DNA of 63,927 nucleotides, the filler included, from Choristocarpus tenellus KU-1152 (lineage: Eukaryota > Protista > Phaeophyceae): the NCBI GenBank assembly GCA_964200185.2. It is 13 parts of 13 records of this genome, joined end to end, with 100 filler letters (N's around TTAATTAATTAA, not from the genome) between each part and the next. Parts side by side here need not be neighbours in the genome. Positions count along the whole stretch, not along the records: positions 1 to 8,460 come from CAXNAD020004680.1; positions 8,561 to 14,247 come from CAXNAD020010006.1; 11 more parts are not named here. One strand, written 5' to 3'. The notes under the pieces were generated by a model. It was not told the origin of the DNA. It saw nothing but the letters and a program-made list of their open reading frames with translations, and did not search any database. Shown here piece after piece: positions 1-13,287 of the stretch. Every line of letters begins with the position of its first letter. Within the stretch, counting starts at the first letter, position 1. The position numbers were made by a program, and so were the translations under genes.

Positions 1-95
1 AATGCATTGAACCAAATTCCCCCAAAAATCGCAAAATGGAAAAAAGGACCTGAAAAGGACAGCCGCTACCCCCCCCCCCCCAGATACTTTGAGCC
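1..95. mobile_element. MITE family B, right part (cut by window start)
   Basis: Ends CCCCCCAGATACTTTGAGCC; internal AACCAAAT..CCCAAAAATCGC matches the other B copies. Confidence 0.8.
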
Positions 96-226
96 AACTC
101 TTCATCGTATAGGCAGTCATTTTTCCTGATGTGAAAAAAACAACCAGCAGAGAACATTTTGCTAGAACTTTGAGCCGTAACTAGCGTCTATTAAGATGCT
201 CTGCACTTTTCTCCTGCATTTGCCAG

Positions 227-1574
227 GGAATCGAAATCATTGATGGGGAAACATGCGACCACTGGTTGGTTGATGATAGCACATCCAGAGTGCATATGTA
301 CATCAATCGCGATACACAAGGTAACCAGTCTGGATAACATTGCCCACGTTCTCCATAGCCAAATTGTATATCCCAAATAAATACCCTATCTTTCCCCTCA
401 GGTAATTTACATTGGTTCTCAGTACCTGTTAGGGTCTACAATGAAGCTGTGTTATATTTGAAGTAGTGGACAAGTGACTGGCATACTTTGGCACTGATCA
501 GTAAAGGTAGGCACATCTTTGTCTGATTTACCATCAAATTGCAACTTTCAGGCAAAATTATAGGGACCATTGTTGACTCTCTCCAGGTTAGGTAGATCTT
601 GGTTGTCACCATATGTGAAGGTGATTACCAATTAGAATCACCCAGAATAGCAATAATTCAATAACAAATAGTCACCATCCAAATTATGCCTCAACATCAT
701 GGTTTCTTGGTTATATGATCTTTGAACATTTACTGGAAATCTCCTAACAAGAAATTCAAACTTGCACCTTGTGCAGGTATGTTAGCTCATACGAGTATAT
801 GAGTGAAAGTATCTTAGAGGGTACGAGTTTTGCCCTGTTTGTCCATTTGGGGCTTGGCTTCCCAAGGGGTTTTTGTGATATTTTACCTACTCTGAAATGT
901 TTCGGAGTAGGTAATATGTATATGTTATGAAATGGTGTGTCCGGAACAAGGATACTGACACTTCCTAACAAATGCGACGGATAAAATTACGTGGAAATCG
1001 TAACATTGGATTTCGGCCCCCGAATGGACGCGGCCCTACCCTCTAAGATACTTTGACTCTATCTTCCCCCTCTTGGGAAACTGAATTTTGTTGGATACAT
1101 TGCAGAGATTTCAATACTCTCCATATGTTCTCCACTATTTTAGCTACTGGACACCTACACCACAGTCTGAAGGCCAGTTTATCCCACCCCTAATGCTTGA
1201 GGCAGCTCCAAGGCGACTCACAGAAGAAGCTATACTAGGAGGGAATGAGGTTGTTCCAATGATGACATATGACATCGTGGCCTTCAAGATGGGTCCACAG
1301 GTGTGAAGAAAAGCATTGCACTCTAATGAGAAATAGCCCTCAGTTGTAATCCTCATGTTCAAACTTCAGTTTAATAGCCTCTATTGGTTGTTCAACAAAG
1401 AAACATCAACAAGCACTCCATCTCAAATCGCTGACACATTCCCTTCCCAATTCAAAATCCTTTCAGGACCCCAGTATCTTCAGTCTTCCAGAGCCCTACA
1501 CACACAAGAGCTGTGAGTTACATGTTGGGGGCTTCCCATACTTCCATATCTTCCACTACTACCTACGAGTATGA
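227..1574 (+). CDS. 3' part of a conserved hypothetical protein, ependymin/LolA-fold-like (exons 227-320, 1206-1300, 1467-1574)
   Basis: GT-AG exons join in phase to GIEIIDGETCDHWLVDDSTSRVHMYINRDTQ-APRRLTEEAILGGNEVVPMMTYDIVAFKMGPQ-DPSIFSLPEPYTHKSCELHVGGFPYFHIFHYYLRV*. GxExIxGxxCxHW and DPxxFxLPxxC resemble ependymin-related proteins. A CTAAT branch-like motif precedes 1206. Confidence 0.65.
801..1059. mobile_element. MITE family A, full copy (intronic)
   Basis: TIRs GAGTGAAAGTATCTTAGAGGGTA ... TACCCTCTAAGATACTTTGACTC; 3-bp TSD TAT; internal TTACCTACTC..GAGTAGGTAA hairpin. Confidence 0.92.
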
Positions 1575-4180
1575 TTCCCTTGCACAAGAGGAATCCACTC
1601 CAGCACATCTCACAACTACCCATTTTCTTCATGTAGGCTGCAAGAATAAAGGGAAGTAGTATATTTCTACTGATAGATTGGTCTCACCATTTTTCTCTTT
1701 TGTTTTGCTCAATTCTCAAAATTCTCAAAGTGTTCCATATAATGAAATACCTAACTTGGCTCTTAAGGTGTCTCAGGAGTGAAGTGAATATGTGCATATT
1801 GTGCAAGCACCTCAGGTGGCAATGGATTGACATTTACATTATAACAGGGCACCATTCAGGTGGCAGTGAATTCACCTTCGGGGGTGAGTGAGGCAACAGT
1901 GTCATATTTTCGCTGAAAATGCCTCAATCGGCAAGGACTCCGTATCTACACAAAACACATGTTCATGGTTGATCACAAGCTGTACACAAAGTACTGTTTG
2001 AATCTTCTACTGTTTGGGGATAACAGTCTAAAAAGCAAACTAACTAATTAAACTATAATCTAGGAATAAAATTGCTTCTCACAATTCACCCCACACATGC
2101 TGCAGTGTGCCCAGGGAATTGCCCTAAAACAGAGCACTCGCCACAAGAGAAAGAGTATATGCAACCAACTCCATACTACTCTAGTATAGCTGACTTTTAC
2201 CCTCTGTCAACACAGGGCTTCGAAACTGTCAATTCGTGGGTGGGCATGGGGCTTTGGTGTAACCTTCCTTAGCACGGAGGCTGACAATGTCCCCCCGCAC
2301 TTGACTGATGTGTTTATGTTGTGTATTGACCCAAGAGTGGGGCTGACATGGTGTGGATTGTGTTGATACCCTGTCATAGAAGGAATGGAAATTAAGTGCG
2401 GTTCAATAATTAGTCGGTTTTTTACACATGCAAAGCTTCAATCAACAATCAATTAACAAAAGATCCATTGCAGAAATATTATTTGAGTCATAGCTATTAA
2501 TGGCAAAGTGTGTAACTGCTACCATATACCATTCATATATTCCAACAAGTAACACCTAAAGGTCCTACAAAGCCCCAACTGAAAATAGTGTCTTGTAGCA
2601 CACAGTATAGAGGAAATGACCACTGGAGACACTATCACACAAACACGTTGATAATTGTGCAGTGCAGGAAAGGAACTCTAGGTTTCTATTGTGTGTGGCA
2701 CGATACACACAGTCAGTACCAGGTTAGGACGGGGTATGGAAAATGCCTTGCCACCCCTTGTCATATCTGAACATGATAATCTGGTTATATATTGTTTGGT
2801 TACATGTTTCTTCTTGTGAACTATGTCTTGAATGCTGCTGAATGACTTGGTTTGCACTTGTGCAGCCCCCAGAGTACGTGTTAGTTCTTGTACCTGTGTG
2901 TGTTTGGGCTAGATATTCTATCCACACACCCAGCTTTTTCAGGAAAATGGTACTGGTAAGATGTTGATGATGATATCAATTGTTCTGAGGTGTAATAGCA
3001 TGACCTCAGTAACAAATTTGACGGTCAGCTTTTTGATAGGCAAATGAGAGCTTCATGATCTCTAAAAGAATATTTCTTCTTCTTGATAACTACAACTGAA
3101 GAGACCTCACACAATTATTTTTCAACATTGTAGACAAACCACACCATCCAAACATACCTTTGCTTCTCTTTTGTCACCTCTGACCTTAAGGGATACCCTA
3201 CTTGGCCCAGATGGACCAGGCGGCATGCCCTCTTTACATTATCAAATGGGTGCAATGGAGGGTAATGCAAGAACCTCGAGTTACCTTTCACAAAAGAGAT
3301 ACCTCTTCTGGCAAGTAACTGCATCCAGACCCTTTTTAGTTTATGCTGAGATATTAAATTATAGTGTGTTGATTCCAACTCCATGACACCAATTCCTCCC
3401 ATATTCACGGAACACACTTAGAGTCCCACTCGCACCTTATCACTGCCTTGGCACAACCTTTGGGTACAGCATCTTTATTCGGTCTGTGGGGTCGGAATGC
3501 CCAGGAAAGGGGACAGCTCCCCTCCTTGTGCGCTCGCCTGAGATGCACCCTGCTCATCACCAACATCAAAATGACAGTATTATTTTACCAATTGGGGCCC
3601 AACCACTTCGACCAAATAAGCACTTCATCAATGTATGCCATGTGAAGCGAGGAGAGCAGTCCTATTCCTCAAGAATTGACATAGCAATATCAATTGATGG
3701 CATGGGCAACAGAATAAACCAAGGTTCTTGAAAGGTTCACTTTGTTCCATATTTCTCCTATCTCAGTAATTGGAGTAGTTCTGGTCAGCTGAACCATATA
3801 CTCTGGGTGGTGGAACAGAGTACCTTTGTCGACTAGCCCTTCCTGATGTGCGCATGTAGTGGTGGTGGCATCGGAATGTGTGTGGTACCTTGGGAGAAGA
3901 AGAAAAATGTTGTGAGCACCAGTGACAAAAGGTAGTATGGAGTCTCATCACAGCAGTAGGTAGCATTTATTTCCATTCACCTATCAGACTATGGTATGGG
4001 AAAAATAGTTAGGGTAGACTATTCACACTGCATGAAACTTATGCATGTGGCCACTCTCTATTCATACATACATTCCTACTTGAGGGAGTAGCCCTCCAGC
4101 GATCAGAGGAGATTTCATGCTGGGGATGGAGGAGAGTCAAGCTTTGTGACAGGAAAGATCGCTAAAGGGGATGATTAGCT

Positions 4181-7100
4181 TTATCCATAACTCACATGTC
4201 CTGACTCCCATTCCTTGTGTCTCTGTGTGCAGGAACCCTCCTGATCCTGTCTCAAGTATTTGGGAGTATATACAATTCCTGGCTCCCTTGCAGTCAAAGA
4301 TGATTTGGCTGCTGTGTGAGGGGGGGTATGCACATGCCACAAAGTACCTTGTCCTCTATCACCCCATGTACGACAACCTCTTCTTTTGTAGTGTTCCCTT
4401 GATGTCTGAGATAGAACTGGCCTAGGTGTGTGAAGTGGTCTTGAAGCATGAGCTGTTCTAGGACGCCATGGCTGCACTATAGGCATTGCAGTAGGATCAG
4501 CCACCTGACGTGGAACACAAGTTGTTCCTCCATGTAGCTGAAGTTGGGGGACTAAGGGATGATTCCCGGTTGGATTGTTCCTAGCCAATGCAGTTTTAGG
4601 CCTTTGCTGGTCCAGTATGTTGTATGTAATGGTGCCTTTGTTCAAGTTGACATTGGAGGCTGGCCTACTAATTCCTGTGGCCTGATTTATGGAAGTTGTA
4701 GGCACTATAGAATTCATTTTGGAGTCTCCTGCAGACTTCTCTGTGGAGCTAACCTTGCCATAGAGAAGTGCTGACCTTGAATCAACATCTTTCCCCCTCC
4801 TGCTGACAGTGTTGCTGCTATTTTCTGAGTTGCTTTGAGATGTTGTCTGTGGCTCTCTGTGAAACATTGGAAACAGGACAAGCACAAGCAGAGTCAACAC
4901 AATACTTGTCATCACAATCTTCCTTACTCCTTTGAATCACAATTCACTTCCTGAAACAGGCATTCAGATAAGTAATAACACACCAACAGCAAAGGGTCAA
5001 AGTATCTGGGGGGGGGGTGGCGGCATCCATTTTTCACCCTTTTTTCGATTTTCACTTTTTTTGTGTGATTTGGTCGCACGTGTCGGATTTGAAATGCCAG
5101 CTAAAAAGGTTGTTTGACCGAAACGGACGCCCCCTCACAAACCACACACCCCCCCGCGGATACTTTGACCCAAATGACTTCATCCAAAATGCAAAAACAG
5201 GACAATCAAACCCAGCCCTCACATTTCAAGATTGGCAAACACTTTGCAGAGAGGATCACCTATTTGAAAGAGCTTTGCGTTGCTTGTCCCTGTCGTTCCG
5301 CTTCAGAAGGAGGTTGTAGGTGGTTGTAGTGTCATTGTGGCGCTTACTCTGTATGGCAGAAAGGACCACATTCCTGGCAAACCCCATGTCTGACATCTTG
5401 TGCAGAACTGCCTGTGGCCAAAACAAATGTATTTGATTGAGCTCATTTTAGGCAGGCTTCCCAAAAGCAGGCCACTGTGTTCTATCTAAAAATCAATACA
5501 ATGGCCTGCAATACCTTGAATTTGAAGTACTCGCACCTCATCTGCGACCTCAGGTATTCCAATGTTGTTTGTTGCTAGTGTATGCTTCCCTTCAATTCTG
5601 TACCATGAGTGCTTGCGAACATCTTTCAGCGTGTATCGCTTGTCTGGATCAGTATTCAAAATCCTTGCAATTACATCCCTCACATCTGACACAGAAAGGA
5701 AAAACGAAAATAGTTCAAAGTTCTGGTAAAAGGGATTGAGGTTCTCCTAGCACCTTGTGAGTCATCTACTACCTGGTGACAACCAAGCTGGGGTGGTGTA
5801 GTCTCCTGCAATGATCTTTTTGTACAGAAGAGAGGTGTTCTTGTCCTCAAAAGGAAGGTAACCACACACCTGCCAATGTGGGTTGTAAGTATGAAGCCAA
5901 TATCATGCGGTTTGTTCAGATACACAACAACATAACTAACAGATAAGGCAGGGTTGAATAAGTAGTGAAAGAGGGAATCTTGTTTAACTGCATGCAAAGA
6001 GTCAAAGCATTTAAGAGGGTAGGGCAGCATCTGTTTGGGGTTCGAAATCCAATATTGCAATTTTGATGCAATTTTGGCTATCAATTTTGGCTATCGTGTT
6101 TGTTACAATTGTCAACATCCTTGCTCCGGACACACCTTTCATATTCATACACAAAACTGAAAAAGGGCATAAAAAAACATGGAAAGCCAAGCTCCGAATG
6201 GACAAACAGGGCAAAACTCCAACCCTCTTCAATGCTTTGGGTCAAAGACTTCATGCGTAATCACATTCTTGCAAAGCTGCTCTATACTCGAACATCTGAA
6301 GTCTCACTAAAACATACCATGGCAAATAGAACAACACCCAAGCTCCAAATATCAGCAGCAGGTCCAACATACTTTTTCCCAGCTATCATCTCAGGTGCAG
6401 CATAGCATGGAGAACCACATGCAGTTTGGAGCAGCCTTCCGTCCTGAATTGGAAGAGTGCAAGGGTGACGTGGACAAATCACAGAAAGAAGAAAGTCTGT
6501 CCAGGACAAAAGGATGAGAAGGAACCTCCACCAAAGGGAAGGGAAAGTACTTCGCCACCCCACCTGGTGGAGGTTGCTCAGCCCAAAGTCTACTATTTTG
6601 AGTATCCAGCCACAAGCTGATGACTGCAGCAGAATGTTCTCTGGTTTGAGGTCTCTGTGAGTCACGCCCCTCTGATGCAAGTAATCCACACCATCCACAA
6701 CCTGCACAACCCATCAGAAAAATATGCATAACAATGCATAACATAATGATGCCGATGCTGGAATTAGACAACAATATCAATGAAGGGATTCCTAGTTGAG
6801 GGGGTGGCCAACAGCAAACCTCCCACAACAAACCCCATGATCATTCCTGGCTTATTACAGGGGCGATTCATGGTCTGGCACGTCCAAATCCACACTTGCC
6901 TTAGCTCACAACGATCGTATTAGCCAGAGAAAGAACTAAAGAGTGCTGACGGCAGGAATAATATAGCATCTGACACATGATCACAACAAAAATCTCATCA
7001 CGAAAGGGTTGCAAAGAGCAATGAGCTTCCTTTACTATTTATTGTTAAAATTATGCGTCCCCTATAACCAGATGAAGATATGATTATCTCGCTCACCTGG

Positions 7101-7784
7101 TGAAAAAAGTTGCAGGCTTTTCTTTCTTGAAGTCGGTGGTGAGACACTATATAGTCAAAGAGCTCACCTCTGTCAGAGTAAGTAAATATGGACAACATAT
7201 TACATTAGTGTGGTGGTATGCTGACAGCTGAACTGTGTGGTAGTTCTATTGCCAACATTCAGCACCCCACCGTAGCCCAAGGGCTACATTTGATACAGGG
7301 ACTTCTTCGTAGTCAGACAAGAAACAAGGGATACCTACAAACTATATGGCATCATCAGGCAGAACTCCGTCTTTGGTCAAGGTCAAGAATTGATGCTATT
7401 TTCCTCTTGTCCAAACATGCATTACCCGTCAGCAACCTCCATGATGAGGTATACTTTGTCCAGCGAATCGACCACCTCGTAAAGCTCAACCACGTTCTTG
7501 TGGCGATTGAGCTTTAAAATTTTGATCTCTCTGGAGACCCGACGGACATCTGGTATCTCCTGTATCCGACACTTCTCCAAGATCTTTATTGCAACTTTTT
7601 CTCCGGTAGGAAGATGGGTGCCGAGCTTGACCTTCCCAAAAGTTCCTTCCCCTATTGTTTTCCCTATGGAGTATTGCTCTATGTTTGACCTTGTGGTGTG
7701 ATTGGCCAAACGCTGTTGCGCACATGGACTGGCAAGTCGCAATAGCAAACGGTCCCTGTTCGAAGCAGCCATGGACGGCGCCAT
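4181..7784 (-). CDS. SNF1/AMPK/SnRK1-family Ser/Thr kinase with UBA-like domain (exons 7784-7426, 7169-7097, 6701-6564, 6443-6318, 5869-5773, 5685-5537, 5411-5260, 4856 to about 4181; 3' end uncertain)
   Basis: [57 protein letters not shown], then a UBA-like [14 protein letters not shown]. All seven introns are GT-AG and phase-consistent. Confidence 0.93.
4994..5171. mobile_element. MITE family B, degraded copy in kinase intron
   Basis: GGGTCAAAGTATCTGGGG ... CCGCGGATACTTTGACCC; 3-bp TSD AAA. Confidence 0.85.
5999..6243. mobile_element. MITE family A' (variant lacking central hairpin) in kinase intron
   Basis: GAGTCAAAGCATTTAAGAGGGTAG ... ACCCTCTTCAATGCTTTGGGTC; TSD AAA; interior homologous to family A. 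Confidence 0.87.
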
Positions 7785-8460
7785 GGCGCTGGCTACTAGT
7801 CAGGATTTTCGAAGGTCACGGATAAGCTATAGTCTTTCCCAAGCCGATCTCAAGGAGGTAGGCGACATAGTCAACCTTCATCCGCATAGGTATTACGGCA
7901 AGGATAGGCTTCCAACACAAAGATATGTATATGCAGTACGTTCCATGTTGCAGAATGGAAATGAAACCATATTCTGTATTCGAACAGAAACTACTAATAG
8001 ATAGTATCACGATCCTATTTTATTTAAAGATTCCAAGTCACACGTAGTTTGATTCTTGACTACGTGGTAGTGAGTTTTTGCGTTGTGTGTTGAACTTGAC
8101 TGCTATCTATTTCGATCTATTGGATTGATATATTGTAATATTTGTATTGTCGTCATTTGATTACCGATACACTCTGAAAACACCACAAACCAATTCCATC
8201 TCATGACTCTAACACGACTCTAAAAGTTCCAGTCTAGCAGTTTACAGGTATTTGTGGTTGGTTCATCTTCACAATGTGTGGTGTTTGTTGTTGGTGTGGA
8301 TATTTTGCTTGATGGAGCGGATCGCATTATTTAATGTAAAACGTAAAATATGTAACAGCCGATTTCAAAAATTGAGGATGGAGCTTTTCATTGAGGATGG
8401 GCTTGACCCAAAATTAACTAGAAAAAAAAATACAAAAAAAAACATATCGACACTTTATCC

Positions 8461-8560
8461 NNNNNNNNNNNNNNNNNNNNNNNNNNNNNNNNNNNNNNNN
8501 NNNNTTAATTAATTAANNNNNNNNNNNNNNNNNNNNNNNNNNNNNNNNNNNNNNNNNNNN
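8461..8560. other. Artificial contig-joining linker (first of 12)
   Basis: 100-nt block of N-run + TTAATTAATTAA (stops in all six frames) + N-run. Repeated at 14248-14347, 18099-18198, 21620-21719, 26925-27024, 33124-33223, 37669-37768, 43337-43436, 46943-47042, 50808-50907, 54577-54676 and 58500-58599. Confidence 0.98.
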
Positions 8561-9592
8561 GAAAGCATAAAAATCATGGAAAAATGTGGAACTTGATTGC
8601 TGGATTAGTAAATCTTAGATACGGAGATGTGTGGGGGTCATTCCAGAGCCTGGTGAACTGGTTCAATATACTCTGTGGATGAGACGAAACTTTGAACCCT
8701 CTATTATTTCTTCATTTTTTATTTTTATTTTTATTTCACTGCTATTTTTATGTAGTAGGTTCAATGAACGGACAGAAGTGTCCCTTCAATACCGAGATGC
8801 AGTCCAATCATGTTAACATATATATTAATGAATTTACCAACATATATATATATATGCAAGTTGTTGAATTGAGTTGGAGTTTTTGTTTTCTGGTTTTGAG
8901 AAGAAGAGTGTCTCTCATTGATAGAATTTCTCTGCTGTATGTGGAGTCCTGTTAAATCTGTGTCTTCCGAAAAGCTAGCACCAGCCCCGTTTTTTCTTTG
9001 TAGGAAATCAGGTTTTAGATATCCGGAATCTTCATCTTGCACGATTCATTTTTGAGTGTGATCACTTTCTCACTTCTGACAGTGATGGTGTTCAATAGTG
9101 TGCGGACCTACTCAGATGTTTTTTGTTTTTTGTTTAGTTTGGTGGAGATACACCGTGTCCTCAGGTTGGAAAATCGATTATGATCCTATGGTATCCTTCG
9201 AGTGCCATACCATTGTTTACTCCATTCAAAACCTTGCAAGGGTACGAGCAAGGAGATAGATATTTTTTGGGGGGGGGCAGAAAAATTTCCGAATGTGTCG
9301 TTCAGCCACAGTCATTCTTGAACCCTCCATCTCCCGCCCCGTCCTCTCTCCCCCCCAGCAAAAGGTCCCTTGATTCACCATCTTTGGAGTTGGATATATG
9401 TGTTTAAGCTGTAAATATCGAACGTCCCTGAGATGTAATAATGCCTCACAATTGTCCTGTCTCCCCATGCCAGACTGTTCTCTTCCCATAATAATGCATA
9501 CATGTACATATATATATATATATATTTAGGCACCACCTGCTATCTCTCAAAGTGTCACACCTTGGTCATTCAAACAAATAAAAAAATCCAAG

Positions 9593-9709
9593 GTGTCTGT
9601 TGTACGGACTAATGGATTGGGTGGGATGTACCAGGGAATGCGTGTGAAGATACTGCACACTGTGTTAGCTAGTGCACTTCTCTTCCTGGGCTACGAAAAA
9701 CTTGTTGAG
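9593..9709 (+). CDS. Exon of a mitochondrial carrier family protein, peroxisomal PMP34/SLC25A17-like C-terminal repeat
   Basis: AG|VSVVRTNGLGGMYQGMRVKILHTVLASALLFLGYEKLVE|GT matches the carrier third-repeat pattern G.YxG...K..xTVL..A..F..YEKL. Other exons not resolved. Confidence 0.7.
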
Positions 9710-11647
9710 GTTGGTTGTTGGGACTCTTTTTTTGAATTGAAGTGGAGATGAGGCGAAGGGGACAGTTCACTCAGGGTGGGGTGGGGTGGGGTGGGGTTGG
9801 GTTGGTTTGGGTTGTGTACAATGTTGAGGTCAAGAGAGATTTGGAACAAACATCAGTTTTTACTTGGTTGGTGTTGTGGACTATGGATGGGATACGCTCT
9901 GAAGTATATATATATATATATATTGCAAAAAATATATACATGCTTCTTTGTACTTTCAAGGACTATGGTTCAAATCCTGGATGTACTACCATATCTCATT
10001 TTTGTGTGATGGTGAAGTGCTTGCCTTGACTGGTTGCCCTTGAGATAGCTGGGGTTTGATGTATTTTCTCAGGTTGGGTTGGGTGTATCAACTGCTTGTA
10101 TTGGCGATGGTTAATGTGCTCATTCATTTTCTAGTCTGCAGTTTGACAGAGTCAAAAGTAGTTGTCTATGGGCCCTTACATGTGTCTGTTTCCAAAATTA
10201 GTTTTGAAGCCTGTGTGTGTGCTTTTGATATTTCTGGTCTCCAGTATGGTGTGGAAGTGTCTGCTTTGGGTGGACCTATGAGTGACCCACTCATTCAAGT
10301 CAAATTCAAGCTGAATTAATCGTAGTACATACATTATTGTGACCAAGGAGATATTTGATCTAGATTACTTCATGTTTGTGTGGCCTGTTTGCTTCCCTAG
10401 TCCCTAACACAGTAGAGATATAGAGCCTCTATACAGCAGTGGTTGAAATGGAAGTTTCCAATGCATGCTAGTGACAAGCTGCTCATATGCACTCATATGT
10501 CTGTGGCAATGAAATAAAATAGGCCCCACAACCCACCTGCTGACCCTCCCCTCCTACCCACTCACATATGACAGGTTGTGGCTGCTGCCATTGGGGGTTA
10601 TGAAGTGACTAACGTGGTGGACAGTGTTGGTGTCAATAGTGGCAAGGGCATTAAGCAAGTAGCACATACCGCGCCACCCTCTCCTCCAACACCAACGTTC
10701 TTGGCAAAGAGGGAGACCTTGTAGATTGATTGTATAGACCAACTGGGTATTTGAGAGGTTAAGTGTTGTTGGAGGAGGATTGCGGAGTATGGAAGCAGGT
10801 GGGGGAAAGTGCGATCTGTTTCTCTTTCTTGGTAGTTCTGTTAATCCAAGCAATTGTACTTCAGATATCTACATCTGTTTCTATGTGTGGGGTAACTGTG
10901 GTCTATTACTCTTCCTTGGTAGCTTAGCTAATTTGAGCATTGTACTTCAACTATTTTCGTTTGTTTCTTTTGTTAATATACTGTGATGTCCAGCTCTATA
11001 ATGCACTTTGATGTATTGAGCACAATGCACGCATTGTGCTGGTGCTCAACACTCACATAGTTGCCTGCTTGGATTGGGCTGAGTTTTGGAACAACCTATG
11101 CGACTGACTTTGGCGAGAAGCTCAGACTAATTCTTGCTCCATTCACCCTCTCATGACTCAGATCACATTTCTCTTAGCGCCCAAACACTTCTTGCTTGTG
11201 ATATAGCACTATTGACACAGCACAGCCATCAATTTGAACTATTTCTACCCGATACTCTTCTTCTTCTGTCACACCAGTTATGCATCAGTATTTTGCTGCA
11301 CCATTTGTTCTGTAAGAGCTAAAATGCTCTCCTTGTTGCCTATCCAATCTGTTAGTCCAAGGTGTGAGTGTGTGCAGAGAGTAGCATCAAGGTTTATAAC
11401 GAGGTTCACCACAGCATTCTCCACCTGTTGTTCAGATGTGTGCAAGTGTAGCTGCGTTTAGAATTCTGAACTCTTTTTGTCTTGAGCGGCGAATGATATC
11501 CTTGGAATTTGCTACAAGGCATAGGGTTGGTGGACCTCAGCTCGCCTTTGCACCTAAAACGTATTTGTATGGTAAAGGAAACTTAGATGGTATGGACCCA
11601 ATTCATGGGTGAAGAGAAGAGAATTCCATTATCTCAACAAGGGTGTA

Positions 11648-12625
11648 CTCCCTCTGTGTCATAAGTCTGGGCCCTGAAGTTGTAGCTCCTTGATATTACC
11701 TCCGATTACAAAAAAGTAGCTTGCGTTGGATTCCTTGGAATTGTTCTCCATGGCAAAACTAAATTTCAAAGAATTCTCCAAATAATTCTGTTCTGAAATG
11801 GTTCTGAAAGAATGGAACATACCATGACAAATATCATTTTTGAATGTTCCTGTTGCAGCGTGAACCCAAACAACACTCTCACAACTCCCGTGGCAAGCCC
11901 CCACATCCCACCGTCTCGGGGAAAGAACTACAAGCTGACCGAGGAAGGTCGGACCGTACTTGCTCTGCGTTACGCATTGACTCTTCCTCCTTGTCACTAG
12001 AGGCTCTCGAGGGGTGTGGGGTCTAAATAAATTGGCGAAAGAAGTTGGAGTGGGAGAGAGACACCCTAGACGGGTATGGGCACGTGTGAAAGAGCAGTTA
12101 GGCAGGGGGGAATACCGTCCCCCTAAAATAGCAAACATGATCTGGACGCCCGTCGGACTTCATGCCGATGAAACAAGCCAAGGTCCGGGAAATCAATGCC
12201 AGTAATCGCATGCTGACTACCGACCAACTTTCTGCCAAGCTCACCAAAGCGGGCCTCGCAGTTGGCAGCTCAAAGCTTCATTGCTGGCTCGAAACCATGG
12301 GGGGCAACGAGGGCTTAGCAGCGCGTCATCCCTCGCCTTTTGTTTCTCACGAGAACAGGGTGAACTTCATCCTCAACCAGATCTCCCGCAATCGGGACAC
12401 CTCCAGGACTGGCCTCAACATCATTCACATCAATGAGGTGGTTCTACCTCATCTGAGAACAAGAGATAGTGCACATGTTCCCAGCGGAGGAAAGTGTGGA
12501 CTTGACGACAAAGGTGTAGCACAAGCGTCACATTCCCAAAGTGATGTTCATCTCTGCTGTTTCGTGCCCTGATCCTCCCATGATTTTGACAAGGTCGGGG
12601 TCTGGTGGGATCGGGGGAATGGTGC
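11648..12625 (+). mobile_element. Decayed mariner-like (DD39D plant/oomycete type) transposon, 5' TIR and N-terminal transposase
   Basis: TA|CTCCCTCTGTGTCATAAG terminus at 11648. Frameshifted ORF with IIHINE-WFYL (from VHIDEKWFY), HKRHIPKVMFISAVSCPDP and FDKVGVW. Confidence 0.82.
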
Positions 12626-13029
12626 TTACGACCTCCTGTTCGGTGAACATATCTGCTATGGGAGCTTGGCGAAGAACGGTCATCACCCCCTTCAATATGA
12701 GGAATGTGAGGATAATTTCCTTTTCTGCCTAAGCAAACATGACCATGCACAATATTCCTCAACATTCTCCTTGTCCTCCATGAAAGGGGACAAGATTCCA
12801 TAGCATCTGGTAGACATCTTCCGTAGCATCTATGTATGATAATTTGGACATGATAGAAGAATAATGAGAACAATGTATATTTGTGAATGCTGAACCAAAT
12901 ATATCCGAATGTCCAAGAGCATCGTTCCTAACATTTCAAGTCCTTTCCTTCTTGTTGATATCTCTCCTAATGTAGATTTGCACAATGTCGAGTTCTCCTG
13001 GAAATATGTAAATTGTTGCCCATTCCAAT

Positions 13030-13287
13030 GACCCAAATCATTTAATAGGGTAGGACTGCATCCGTTCGGGGTCATAAATCCAATGTTGCGATTTTGATGA
13101 ATTTTGGCTATTGTGTTTGCCAGCAAGTGTCACTATCCTTGTTCCGGACACAACTTTCATTGTCATACATATTTTAGGTAACTGTGTTCACAGAGAATAC
13201 CGAAAAGGGGCATGATAAACCCGTGGAAAGTCAAGCCCCAAACGAACAAACAAGGCAAAACTCCTACCCTCTTACATGTTTTGGGTC
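13030..13287. mobile_element. MITE family A'
   Basis: GACCCAAATCATTTAATAGGGTAGG ... CCTACCCTCTTACATGTTTTGGGTC; flanks CAAT/AAAT. Confidence 0.85.
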
